From Octopus sinensis (taxonomy: Eukaryota), in contig NC_043003.1 of assembly GCF_006345805.1 (NCBI RefSeq), positions 91,884,001-91,948,000 of the forward strand: DNA of 64,000 bases, given 5' to 3'. Position 1 is the first letter of the stretch. Every line of letters begins with the position of its first letter. The notes under the pieces are model-generated. The model saw only the letters and a list, made by a program, of their open reading frames with translations, had not been told where the DNA came from and made no database searches. This document shows, piece by piece, positions 38,760 through 51,613 of this stretch. The position numbers and the translations under genes were made by a program.

Positions 38760-39224
38760 GTAAGTTCTAAGAATAGCTGTTGAATCTTTCTGTGTGTGTG
38801 TGGGGTATTTCAACTGGTCAGTGAATGCTTGGTATAATGGCTTGCATTTTGATAAGAACTGCTATAGTTGTCTCAGGAGGGGTACAAATCAGAACTGTAT
38901 CTCATCTATGCTAATTTTCATCCCAATTAGTTGTTATATAATCCTTTGTTATTAGGTTTGCTGTGTGTTTAAGAAACTTGCTTCCCACCCATGTGGTATT
39001 GCATTCAGTTCTACTGTGCTGCACCTGAACAAGTGTCTTCTGCTATTGCTCTGGGCCAACAAAAGTTTTGTGAGAAGACTTGGTAGATGGAAATTGAAAA
39101 AAAACAGCCTCTCTAGAATTGGGAATAATTTCAATAAATCGGGAATATATCTTGTGTGGTATTTAATATACTCACATTTCTCTTTGCTATATTTTCTACT
39201 GAGTTATTTCTCTGAGATCATTTT

Positions 39225-39259
<35 letters not shown>

Positions 39260-39435
39260 AAAAGTAAAAGTGGAAACAACACAAAAGCATGTTTAAAAAT
39301 ATTAAAAAATTTTTTACTTTCATTGACTTTTATAAAAATCACTTAATCTTTAAACATACTTTCGTGTTGTTTTCATTTTAACTTTTTAACTATAACCTTT
39401 GATTTGTATCGATTGTTAACCCCCTCTCAACAATA

Positions 39436-39478
<43 letters not shown>

Positions 39479-40191
39479 ATATGAATATCTTGATTCGGAA
39501 TTGATGCATGCAATAGCTTATTCCGTCTTTTACAAGAAGAAATATCTTAGAGATGTTGTTCCTGGTTTATAAAGTATGTCAGACAGTAATAATATCTTGT
39601 GAAACATTTGAATTCGTCACTGCCAAGTGATAAATCATACATCAGTGTATAGTTTAGTGGTTAGGGTGTTCGGTTCATGACAGTAAGGTCTTGAGATTGA
39701 TTCCCAGTGACACATTGTGTCCTTGAGCAAGGCACTTAATTTCTCATTGCTCCAGTCTGCATAGCTGGCAAAAACGTGTGTGTGACAGATATATATTCCA
39801 TCACTCCTTGCATGCATGTATATGGGTGGGAGTCTGTTTGTGTCTCCTTGCTTTTATATAACATGATGTTTGTAAATGGGTATCACTGTCATACAAGCGG
39901 TGTGGTTGTTTTCCAATCTTCAATCAAAACATGTTTGACTATAGGAAATATTACCATGCTTAGAAATCGGTGGTGGTGGGTCACATGAAGGGCATCAAGC
40001 TATTGAGGATCTCTCAAAACATTCTATCTGATCCATGTAAAGATGGAAAAGTGGGTGTTAAAACAATGATGATGATATTAGTATGCTGTCATGTTGCCTA
40101 ACTGAAACTTCAATTTATCTAATATTCTGGATTAAATAATTAATATAATAATATCAATTTTTAACTTGGATTCTCATCAATATGTTTCTAG

Positions 40192-40343
40192 GGGTCCCTG
40201 GCCGAGAACAAAAATTTGAAGAAAAGTCACGTAACTTTTTAAGTCAGTCAGCAAAACTTGCTGAAACTGCCAACATGGTGGCAACTGCTGGTGGCTGTGC
40301 AAACAAGAAAACTGTTGAGGCTATTTTTAGTACTTCTGCTCAG
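40192..40343 (+). CDS. VCL: Vinculin exon: (G)VPGREQKFEEKSRNFLSQSAKLAETANMVATAGGCANKKTVEAIFSTSAQ
   Basis: gtttctag acceptor, GTAAGA donor; 152 nt, phase 1 to 0. Confidence 0.96.
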
Positions 40344-41198
40344 GTAAGACATTTTTTTTATTCATGAAAAAAGCACCCTGCTGGTACCACATAAAAAGCA
40401 TCCATGCTGGTGCCATATACAAAGCACCTGTGCTGGTGCCATGTAAAAATCACCCATGCTGGTGTGACGTAAAAAAGCACCCAGTACATTCATAATGTGG
40501 TTGGCATTAGGAAGGGCTTCTGGTTGTGGAAACCCTGCCAAAACAGGAGCCTGGTGCAGCTCTCCAGCTTGCCAGCTCCTGTCAAACTGTCCAACCTATG
40601 CCAGCATGGGAAAAGGGATGTTCAATGATGATTATGAGGATTCTCATTATGCTAAAGTATTTTGGAACAACTTAGGGTAAATTAAAAATCCCTTATTTGC
40701 TTTGTGTATAGTGGAATCTGGATGGATTTTTTGTATATATTTTTAATACATTTAGGCAGGTTCAGACTCAAAACATGCTGGTGGATGTTGGGTACTTCAT
40801 AGGAGAATAACATCTCTCTTTTATGACAATAGTGTGTTAATGCACTTGGCTCATTGGCACATGAGATTCTGCGGCACCAGTGTTTCAACATGGACTTCCA
40901 AATATCTGGAGACAGTTATACTTGAAACAATGTGTTTTAAAAATCATTTGTTATAGTTGAAGTTTATTGAAACTTTAGAAATTGTTTTCAAAGATTTTTT
41001 TACACTACGTTTTCCATTTTCCTTGGTTTAGCCACTGACTGTCTTCAGATGTCCTCTTCATACCTGTGTACTTTATTTCTAATGTAGGTTAACATCAATA
41101 TTTTAATGAATACACCACCATTGCATAGCATCTATTTTAGTGCAGATCTCATCCATGAAATATATGTTCAGTATGTGACTCTATATTGTTTATTACAG

Positions 41199-41376
41199 GC
41201 CAATGACTTGTCTCCTCAAGTTGTAAATGCTGCCAAAATAGTTTTGATCAATCCTACTAACCAAGCTGCTGTTGACCACTTTGATCTTCTGAAGAAACAG
41301 TGGACTGAGAACATGGAGCGTCTACGGACATTGGTCGATGAGGCCACTGATACAGAAGCTTTTATTCTTGCCACTG
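41199..41376 (+). CDS. VCL: Vinculin exon: ANDLSPQVVNAAKIVLINPTNQAAVDHFDLLKKQWTENMERLRTLVDEATDTEAFILAT(E)
   Basis: tattacag acceptor, GTCAGT donor; 178 nt, phase 0 to 1; matches [25 protein letters not shown]...LVDEAID. Confidence 0.97.
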
Positions 41377-42039
41377 GTCAGTTAAAGACTTTCATCTAAT
41401 GTGTTCATATTACATGCCGTTTCTGTGTTCAAGTGAAGATTTACCTATTTTTTTTTGTATTGAAAATACACATATTCATTATTTGATCTTCATCATTACT
41501 TTAAAGTTTGGTTTTTATGCAGATAGGAACTGGATATGTTTGCAGTATTGCTGTTTTACCTCAATGTTTCAACTTGTTAATGTTTACACACACACACACA
41601 CACGCACACACATACATACATAAGGGTGTATGTAAATGAATGACAACACTTGTATGAAGGTGACACACTCACATATGTGTGTATGTGTGTGGCATTTGAT
41701 ATTGTTTCTGGTTACATTTTTTTTTATGAGGTGGTGGCTGAAATTATTGTGATTAGATATACTCACTACAATGAAGTCAGTGACTCTAATACTAGATTAT
41801 CATATTACAAAGCTTTGAGCACTCACTTATCCTACTTTGGCTTAATCCTCTACACTTCATTGAAACATTATCCCTGTTCCTTTTTAAAATGCTATTTCTA
41901 AAATTAGTCACATGACATGTTTGAGATATGGCCAAGTTTAATATGACATAAAGTATGCATGTGCACATGTGTGTGCCCCCACTTGTGAAATTAGTTGTGC
42001 TAAGTTTTTGAGCCCATAGTCCATACTTCAGCTTTGCTG

Positions 42040-42420
42040 AGACCCTATGAAGCTCATGTTCTATTCACATCAACCTCCATAGGATGGTTCTACTGCTATG
42101 CACAACCATTCTAGGTTACATCTAAAAGAAAGCCTTTCAGCTAATTAATAAATATACACTCATCAACGTACTTCAACCATAAGCTCACAGAGATGTTATT
42201 TCCTATCTCTATGTCTTCAATTTCTACCCTAACAGCCTGTGCTTCTCTGAAATAACTAATTGAATACCCAGGATCACTGTCTTTCACTGTCCCATCACCG
42301 CTATTATCCCATCCTCTTCTCTCTTCTCCTGTCTCTCATCTCCCTTCCTAATCCTTCCTCTCCAGAATCATAACCCTTCAGAATCTCCTATGCCCCCACT
42401 TTGCATTTTTCATGCAGACA
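42040..42420 (+). mobile_element. Degraded CR1/L2-type LINE ORF2 C-terminal fragment
   Basis: KAFQLINKYTLINVLQP*AHRDVISYLYVFNFYPNSLCFSEI resembles RA.RLIN...LQPL.HRR.VASL.LFYRYY..CSSEL; related fragment at about 23810-24000. Confidence 0.5.
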
Positions 42421-42882
42421 TTGACTTCCAGATATTCAAACCAGATACTGGCTGCATCATTACCACCAAATCTTCTTTTGCTTGCTTTAACTAAATTATT
42501 AAAGGGAAAAGTTTTCAAATATTGTTGGTTAAGTATGGCTACTGTTTTTTTTTAAATGGTAAGCTCATCCATTTGATAAATAGAGATCAATAAAAAGAGC
42601 ACCTGACTAAATACTGGGGTCAATAAGGGGGTCACTAAAATCTTTGAAGGTGTTCCCCAGCTTGGCCAAAATCCAATGACTGAGACCAGTAAAAGAACAG
42701 AAGAATCTTAATTTGGAAATGTAGAATAAATATTTTAGCAATGTTTGGAGATCATCATTTAGCTACCACAATAAAACTGTTTTTAATGATTTAGCTAGCA
42801 CAATAACAATTGTGCTGGTTACACACACACACACACACAATGCCTACATGCTGTTATTTAAATATTTTCTCTTCTTTTCCAG

Positions 42883-43080
42883 AACAAGGAATTCAGAAAG
42901 ACAAAGAAAAGGTTGAAGAAGGAATTCGAACCATCAATCCTCCAATAATCGTTACTAATGCTTCCAATATTGCTCGGCGTGCAAACCGTGTACTGCAAGT
43001 TGCTCAACAAGAAGCAGAGAACAGTGAAGATCCACAGTTTGTGGAAAAAGTTAATTCTGCTTCTGATGTCCTGAAATCTA
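42883..43080 (+). CDS. VCL: Vinculin exon: (E)QGIQKDKEKVEEGIRTINPPIIVTNASNIARRANRVLQVAQQEAENSEDPQFVEKVNSASDVLKS(T)
   Basis: cttttccag acceptor, GTACGT donor; 198 nt, phase 1 to 1; IARRANR and ENSEDP motifs. Confidence 0.97.
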
Positions 43081-43850
43081 GTACGTTCAAATTAGCATTT
43101 TGATTACTCTTTCAAATGTAATGCTTATTTAGTCACATTATTTTGAATTAATCATGCATTATCTTGTAGCTTTGAGATTTCAATGATGTAATTGTTTATT
43201 TTTAGAATGATATTGTAGGGTATGTATAAGATGTCAGATCTGACCATATTGAACATAAAACAGGTAGAATATTTTGGCTGGATATGGCTGGTTTAAAGGG
43301 ATGTCCTTTACTTTTCATTTTCTTTCTCAATACCAATATTGTTTGTTTCTTAAACTTATATAATCATGAGAAATTGAAGAGAATAGCTGTGATCGATACT
43401 GGTATTTTAGATATTTCTTCTCTCCATGATGTACCAAATAACTGAAATTTACTTAGCTTTTTTATGACAAAGTTTTTAATGTTTGGTTGCCTGTAAAATT
43501 TACAATCTTTGTACATAACATTTAATAATAACGCTATCACATTACCAAAGATTTGATTGTTGTATTCAGTTGTACTGTGTGCCACACTAGAATATTTATC
43601 CTCACCGTGCACACACATACCACTTTTAATTGCTGTCAGGCTTTATTGGGTAAAACAAAAACCCAACTTTTTTTTAATGAAGAAACTGCAAATTTCAGTT
43701 TTACTCAGGGCCTCAGTTTTCTTTTTAGAACAACTCGACAAAAAATTTCTCACTCATGCCTTTTTATTGTTATTGTAAGTGTCCTTGCTTGAGCAGAACT
43801 TATAGTTGACTGAAGGAAGCTTTCAATTTTTACATATAGCTATAGTTACT

Positions 43851-43911
<61 letters not shown>

Positions 43912-44161
43912 TACATATACATATATATATATCATCCATCACCCTCTTGCACTGTCTTATATTCCTTCCCAACACTACAAACTCAATACCACTATAAAAT
44001 GGTCAAAACTTTTCACACAGGAACTTAGTTTGATTTGAAAACCCCACTAGAATGGGAGAAAGCACTAATACATGATCTAAGTTATATGATGTATAAAAAA
44101 TGTAATATACAAATAAATATCTGTAAATATAAACCATCCGATTTCCTGAGTACCTCATTTC

Positions 44162-44204
<43 letters not shown>

Positions 44205-44334
44205 GCATATTTATTATATACATACATATACATATATATAAATAAATATATATAACTAATGATGATGATGATATATATAAACATATATACATACACACAC
44301 ACACATATATATATATAAAGTTAATCCAAACATG

Positions 44335-44490
44335 AAAACACAATGAGAAAACACAACAACGCTAGGACATGGAACAAATATAGTATTATTGGATGCTCAG
44401 GAAGGAAGGGAAGAAGGAGGGTTTAACGTTTTGAGCGGAGCTCTTCGTCAGAAACATAGGAAAAGGAAAGATCCAGAGAAGGGAAGACGA
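44335..44490 (-). mobile_element. Penelope-associated repeat fragment containing a minimal hammerhead-like motif (44421-44455)
   Basis: Minus strand GTTT-CTGACGA-A-GAGC-TCC-GCTC-AAAA-CG-TT-AAAC. Confidence 0.6.
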
Positions 44491-45407
44491 TATACATACA
44501 TTAAATATTCATAGCTACAATTGTTGCTGATTGCATCTGAAATTTGATAATAATAACAATAATATTTTGGTGTGTATCAGCACAGACTCTGTATATTTAC
44601 CAGTGTTTAAAACTAATATTTAAGAATCTTTAAATAAAAGTGTTATTGTTGCTGAGGTTAATAGACCAGTTACTTAAGACTTCAGACCTGAATGGTAAAA
44701 TGAATGTTTCAAAATCAATCCTCGATCAAGGTTAGGAGTATTATTTGATACCATATTATATATGATGGCATCATAGTGAACCAAGTCTGTGACCTAAGGT
44801 TGATTCTTAATTGTGGCTATTTTATGTATTCTGCTAATGTCTTTTGAAAAGGCATAGATATTCCAATTCCTATTTCCCCAACTCTAAGGCCTGATCACTT
44901 TGAGAGATACCTATGATAGTGTGCTTGGAATGTATAAATATTTAAATCCTTATTTTATGAGTTGTATGTGAGTATGTGATGAAATCTTAGTCCAAGTTCT
45001 CTTTGTTGCTTTCCATGCACTTTAAAAAAATTTTTGGTTGAAATTGAGATGTTTTCATGAATAGAAATGAATGAGATTGCTTATTATTATGAAGTAGGTC
45101 TAAATTAGAAAATAGAATTTAAGTCCATTATAAAAGGTAAATGTTTGCAAAAAACCTTTGTGTAATGCAGATGAGGTGATGTCAATGAATGGAAGCCAGA
45201 AGAAAAGATATTCTATTGCTTTACATACCCTCAAAATTGCTGGCTTTGTGCCAAAAATTTAGAAAGAATTATTGTTATTGTTTTTGGTCTAGATTATTCA
45301 GTTCTGATTGTGATTTTTGAAAACATCTCAAATTGAGAATTTATGAATTTGAAGTTAACGATGTTATGTTTGTATAATTTGTGTTCCTTGATTGCATATT
45401 TTAATAG

Positions 45408-45499
45408 CAATTACCCCAATGGTACAGGAAGCGAAGTCAGTCTCTATCGACCCCAAAGATCAGGTCGCTGCAAACAACTGGCGCAAAGCAAACAATTCA
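45408..45499 (+). CDS. VCL: Vinculin exon: (T)ITPMVQEAKSVSIDPKDQVAANNWRKANNS
   Basis: ttttaatag acceptor, GTATGT donor; 92 nt, phase 1 to 0; matches TISPMVMDAKAVA. The ORF track shows this segment in a different frame. Confidence 0.94.
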
Positions 45500-46691
45500 G
45501 TATGTATCTCTCTTTCTCTCTTATTCTCTCCCTCCCCCTCTCTCTCATGTTGTTAGAGAGGAGATCCAATTTTTTAAGGGCTCAGAAATTTAGAATGAAG
45601 ATTTTTCTCTGCCCCTTCTAACTTGTCTCCTCTTACAGTCTATCTCTTCCCACATGTATGTACTGTAGAATTGTAAAGTTAAAGAAGTATTATATAAAGG
45701 TAGACAGGTATGAGGACCCTCTCTGTCTCAACAGAATTATCTTTCATTGTCTCTCACCACTGATAATGGTAGATCATAACTGATAAACCTGAAAATAAGG
45801 AAGCTGTCACTAAAAACTCTTTTACAATAACGATTAAATCTGTATTCCTTGTTCTACACTCTGAATAAGGCCAACTTTGAAAGTTCACTCAAATGGTGTC
45901 AATGTTGTTATTTTTGTTGCTTACCTCTGTCTAGTTCAACCCTAAAAACACCGATTTATGATCAAGAGCATTCTAGCTTTGAGCATTTGTCTCTTTAGGG
46001 TATCAAGAACTATATTACCATATGTGTCCTTGTTTTTAGGGAAATTTGTAGCTGGTTGAGTAACTAGATAGATGGCACCTTGTTGGCTCTACTGGCATCA
46101 ATGAGTAAGAAGTGAAAATTTTTGTCATTTACATTAACTCCCTATGCAATCTACCCTGTCACTTTTACACTCTCTACCTCCCTTTTTCCTCAATACCCCC
46201 TGCCTCTAATCCCTTCCTTTCCCCATGTTCCCTGCTCACTCTCCCAGGAGTTTTAGTAGCTACTCTACTATTATTTTACTTTCTCCACTATCACCCTATA
46301 ATACCTATAAATCTGTTCCTCTCATTTTGTTTTATCCTTCCTCATCCCTTTGCCTATAATTATTGCTCATCCTGTATTCTCCTTCAGTTATAGGGATTGC
46401 TTTAGGCCCTTAACCTTGCAAGGTACAAGGTAATCAACAGTATTGGTGGTACTATGAGAAAAGCCTCCAGTATTCCCTGTAAAGTAGCTGATATTAGGAA
46501 AGGCATCTTTCCATAGAAACCATGCCAAAGTAGACATGGAACATGATGCAGTCCTGCAAACCATCCAATTATGTTGAGCCATCCAATCTATGCCAGCATG
46601 GGACATGGATGTTAAATGATGTTAATGATTTATCATTGAATCTTATTTGCATGAATTTATTTTCTTTTTGTTTCTCTTTTGTTTGTTACAG

Positions 46692-46806
46692 TTAATATCT
46701 GCAGTTGGCCAGGTGAGAAAATCTGTTATGGTAACACCAAAAGAGGACAACAGATACACTCAAGCCTTCCCACCCCCACCAGATATGTCTCAACTGAGTA
46801 TCTCAG
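46692..46806 (+). CDS. VCL: Vinculin exon, end of head and start of proline-rich hinge: LISAVGQVRKSVMVTPKEDNRYTQAFPPPPDMSQLSIS
   Basis: ttgttacag acceptor, GTAAAA donor; 115 nt, phase 0 to 1; FPPPP corresponds to the Ena/VASP-binding DFPPPPPDLEQL of vertebrate vinculin. Confidence 0.96.
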
Positions 46807-48231
46807 GTAAAAATATCTCAGAATATCAGATATGGGCAATATTATTTTCTGAAGTTTTAAACACCTTCTTTATTTGTATTACTGCTGGTTATAATGTCTT
46901 TGTATCTCTGATGCATATATTATTATTCCACACACATATAGTTGATGATACACTCTGTTTTCTGTTGCTGTAATTTTTTTTTTACATTTAAGCTCTTTTT
47001 ATTTTGTTTTCTTTGTACACCTGATACCACTTTTTTGGTTTGCATTTTAATAGTTTACTCCGTAGAAGAATCTTTTCTACAATATCACATTTATATTTGT
47101 GCATGTAATATATCTTCTGTACCTCTATGGCATATATATATAAATATATGCATGTGTTTGTATGTATATATCGATACTATGTATATATTATGTGTATTTA
47201 TGTGTATATAACTACTACATATATGTATTTTAAATGCTCATATCTGTGTTTGTATATGTACATAAGTGTGTGTGTGTGTTTGTAAGTGTACATATGTGTT
47301 TAAGTATGTCATGTATGTGTGTGTATATCTATATATCTATCTTTTTCTCTCTCTATATATATATATGTATATTATAATTGTATTCTGGTAGTCACATTGA
47401 CCATTTAAATCTAACATCTGTTGCTATATTTATTTATATTAGTATTTTGTAACATAAATTTACATAATCACATCATTTCTATTTTTATAAATTCATTATT
47501 GCTGTCTATATTGTATGTTTGAACCCCAAACATTATAATGTATTACCTGGATTTTCTATCTTTTATAGGCATTACTTTTTTTTTTATTTCTGTGTTCACT
47601 TAAAAAATTTTTTTTATTATTTTTCTCCACAGCATTGCATGAATTGTTTTATCACGTATCTATAATATAATTCTCTAATTAAACAGATGGAAACAGAATA
47701 GTACTCACATATTAACATATATGTGTACATATGCATACATGTGTACATGCAGTTTTATATATCTGTTGGTAATACAATCATATTTTGGTAGCCACATAAA
47801 CCAATTAAAACAACTATATGCTGCAATATTTAATTTTTATTATATTAGCATTTTGCAGTAAATATATCATCATTTCACATCCAGCTTCCATGCTGACATA
47901 GGTTCCTGATCTAATGCAAGTTTTTAACCACCAATTGTTAAAAGATGACAATGATGATATATTTGCAACCAAATGCTGTTCAAAGTTGATGATTACTCCA
48001 TCATTATTCAGTTTCTCACCATAAAACGTCTTTCATGCAGCAAAAATATATTCATAGTAACAGACTGAATTATAACTTCTGAAGTATTGGTAGAAATTCT
48101 ATAATCAATTGTGTCACTCATAGGAATAGGAGTATTGCTTCTATTAGTTTAGTAACAGAAGGTTCCGAATTTGAGTCTAGTCTGGAATAATAATAATAAT
48201 AATAATAATGATAATAATAATAATATTAATA

Positions 48232-48579
48232 ATGGTTCTGGGTTCAGTCCCACAGCATGACACCTTGGGCAAGTGTCTTCTACTATAGCCTCGGGCCAAC
48301 CAAAGCCTTGTGAGTGGATTTGGTAGACGGAAACTGAAAGAAGCCCATTGTATATATATATGTATGTGTGTGTATATGTTTGTGTGTCTGTGTTTGTCCC
48401 TCCAACATTGCTTGATAACTGATGCTGGTGTGTTTTTGTCCCCGTAAGCTAGAGGTTCAGCAACAGAGACCGACAGAATAAGTACTAGGCTTACAAAGAA
48501 TAAGGCCTGGGGTCAATTTGCTCGACTAAAGGTGGTTCTCCAGCATGGCCACAGTCCCATGACTGAAACAAGTAAAAGA
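48232..48579 (+). mobile_element. 5'-truncated SINE family A copy on the + strand
   Basis: Begins just before the B box ggttcagtccc and ends gactgaaacaagtaaaagaa; preceded by (AAT)n. Confidence 0.9.
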
Positions 48580-48586
48580 ATAATTA

Positions 48587-48890
48587 GAGCATAACAAACC
48601 AGACCTAGTGGTGGTGGGCAAGGTGCACCACATACTATATAATTGATATTGTGTGCCCCTTTGACCCACGATTAATCAAGAATGAAGGTGGAAGAATAGA
48701 CATATACAATCCTCTTAAGTACAAAATAGCCCAGTTATGGAAAATGAAGAATGTGAAGATAGTGCAATGTATCAGGAGGCATCAAGAGGAATATAAAGGA
48801 AATCTGAATTGAGTGCCCAGTAGAACTGTTACAAAAGGCTTACCTCCTTGGCACCAGAATAATAAAGGAAGTATTAATTTGTTGAAAAGA
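48587..48890 (+). mobile_element. Restriction-like endonuclease fragment of an R2-superfamily LINE
   Basis: HNKPDLVVV and, after a frameshift, IIDIVCPFDPRLIKNEGGRIDIYNPLKYKIAQLWKMKNVKIV: a PD...D pattern. Confidence 0.65.
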
Positions 48891-51104
48891 ACAGATAACA
48901 TGGTACTGTTGGCTGCAGGTAACAAGCCTGGTGCACATGCAAGACTCCAGGATTTCCAACAAAACCTGAGTTAAAAAGAATAATAATGATAATAATAACA
49001 ATAATAGTAATACATTTGATAATGGCCGGTGTTAACCCAGTTGAAATGTAGTATAGATATAAATATTAAAATATGTTTGTTTGTTTTTATTATTAAAGAT
49101 GAAGTTAATGAGCCTACATGTCTGAAATCTCCACTTATCTACAAATTATTTGACCAATTTTTTTCTTTCTTTTTCCATTTCTTTTTTCTTTTTTTTTCTA
49201 ATTCATTTCTGATTTTTAGAAAACATCATCAGCAGCAGCAATAACAAGTGCAACAATGTTATGAAATTTATTTTCTATTTGAGTTTATTTATTTTCATTT
49301 CAGATGCTACTTGTGTGTGTACATACATATATGTATGTGTTGTTTGCTTGTCTTTGTTGTACTTAATAATTTATGCTCAAGGCAGTGGATTGGCAGAATT
49401 GGTTGTGTCGAGCAAAATATTTGGTGGTATTTTGTGATAACTCTTAAGTCTCGAGTTCAAATCCCACCAGGGTTGAACTTTACCTTTCATCCTTCCATGG
49501 TTTAATAACATAAATACCAGTCTAGTAAGTACTGGGGTCAATGTAATTGACTATAGCCAACTCCTAAATTTAAGTCTTGTGTGCCTATGTTTCAAATTAA
49601 TAATTAAGTTATGCTGGTGTCCCTTTATTCCAGTCCTTGTGTACCTATGTTTCAAATTAATAATTATGTTATGCTGGTGTCACTTTAGTTTGTTGTCTGT
49701 TTGTGTTTTAAATGTGAATGTGAATTAAATGTGAATTTAATTAACATGCAATATTTGGTTGTAAGTGACAATGTATTGTTGTTTGTGATTATCTTTTTTT
49801 TTTACATGATAAAAAGGAGTGGAGGAACACAGCTCCTCATCTCCTCCAACTAATTCAACTTTTTTAGTACTTAACTAGAATGTGAGTTAAACATATGGAT
49901 AAGAAATGAGATTGAAACAACTTCATTCAAGAGCTATTCTCTGCTATTCCATTTTTGTGTGAGAGCAGGGTTCAGTCCTTAAACCCCAGACTATCAACTT
50001 GTTCATTAGTTATTTCTGTTTTCACTGACCAGCTAGACTGATTGACAGATAAACAATTGGTCCAACTTATCTAAAGCACACTCTGACCCAATCTTATTGG
50101 AAGTAGCAGGATGTCTATTGTAATTCTTGTCAGTGATACAAATACAAACGTCTGTGATAGTTATTTATTTTGAAGAATAGTCGTTGAGAGAATGGCTAAA
50201 ATATTGAACTATTGCCCTTCAATCCCTTGAGTTTAAACACTACAGCCAACACTATTTTTGTCTCCTTGGAGAAAACAAACTCACTTTACTTTAGCATACA
50301 CCAGCTGACCATAGATATTATATTCATATATTTATATATGAATGTGTGTGTGTGTTAGCTGGTGGCTTTGAGATTTTGACAGCATGATTATTTATTTTTA
50401 GAATGACATTCAAGGGTGTGATAGGCCAGATCTGGACATTTTTGAAGATGAAATGAGTAGAATATTTGGGTTGGATATGGCCAGTTTAAATGCTAAAGGG
50501 TTAATGTCAGCAGATTATTTAACTAATGCTAGTTTCTAGTTATATCTTCAAGCATAAGCATAAGAGCAGTTACCCTGGAGCCCCATGAGTCTAGAGGACC
50601 CAGTGTTAATCTATGTTTACTGGTGGTTGTGTAAGTTGGGACCTTCCAGTGTATTATTTTGCATGGAGGATATATAATGTTCCATATTAACATGTTAAAT
50701 TTTACATGAAGTGAGCTGATAACTTTAGTCCACATGAAGAGAGCTGTATTTACCGTCATAAACTTTATAGAGGTTCACCATCAGTTTGATGATGTAGAAA
50801 TTTAATATTGTTTGAGCTTTGATAAGATACTGAAACAGTTTTACACTTCTAAAGAGTTGATCCTTGAAATGCTACTGTATGAGGGAGAGATAGAAAAAAA
50901 GAAGAAACTGAACTAGCTGGGTTGAAAACAAAATTAAATTGAATGTCTGCCATTGTAAATAACAAAGAACTTTCCTGTCTGTCTTGTTGTCTCTTTTAGT
51001 TGGTTGCTCTCCTTCCATTTTGATCCTCCCACATTTTTTTCTTCCACCTTGCTTATTGTTATTGGTACTGCTCTAATACAACCTAACGTTTCTGTTCCCT
51101 TCAG

Positions 51105-51305
51105 CTAAGGGTGGCAGCCCTAAAGCTCCCCTGTCTCCACGCAGGGTTAGAGTGCCTGTTCAGATGGCACCTCCAACAACAACGCTCACCTTTCACAATA
51201 GCGCTTATGACCCACTTACACCACTTATCAACCAGCTGTCCAGTTGTGTCCCCACACCTCCAAGTGGTCCTTCCAGAGATGACTGTACATACATATATAA
51301 TAGAG
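51105..51305 (+). CDS. VCL: Candidate cassette exon in vinculin hinge: (A)KGGSPKAPLSPRRVRVPVQMAPPTTTLTFHNSAYDPLTPLINQLSSCVPTPPSGPSRDDCTYIYNR
   Basis: CTAAC branch point at 51083-51087, pyrimidine tract and ttcag acceptor; open in phase 1; AG|GTAGTA donor gives 201 nt. An alternative weak donor after 51284 gives 180 nt, also in frame. GC-richer than flanks and Pro/Ser-rich. No homology evidence. Confidence 0.7.
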
Positions 51306-51613
51306 GTAGTAAACTAGTCAAGTGTTGTTTGCATGGAGTTTAAGCTCAGACACCAAATGTCTTTTTTTTCTCCCTTCTTTCAGTTGCACTCACTCCTCAA
51401 GTTCACTTGTCCACTAAGTTAATTCAAATTAGCAATTGTATTATCATTTTTATTATTATTACTACTAATACTACTACACATTAGGTATATTTTTGATTAC
51501 TTTTTATGTAAATTATATCATATTATCATAGTTGTATCACAGAGGAAATTTTCCATGCCTAAATGCAAGTGTTTTTTTTTTACCTTGTTTATTCTACTTC
51601 AACAACATTTCAG

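Noticed and set aside
39645-39770. tRNA gene
   Set aside because: A and B box-like motifs are present, but the sequence continues into a SINE core (tgtgtccttgagcaaggcactt) and I could not form a cloverleaf. The same applies to the other SINE heads.
47633-49320. Strong pyrimidine tracts and acceptors at 47632, 49219 and 49303
   Set aside because: No convincing phase 1 donor follows; only a very weak 9-nt option after 49303. Cannot be supported without RNA data.
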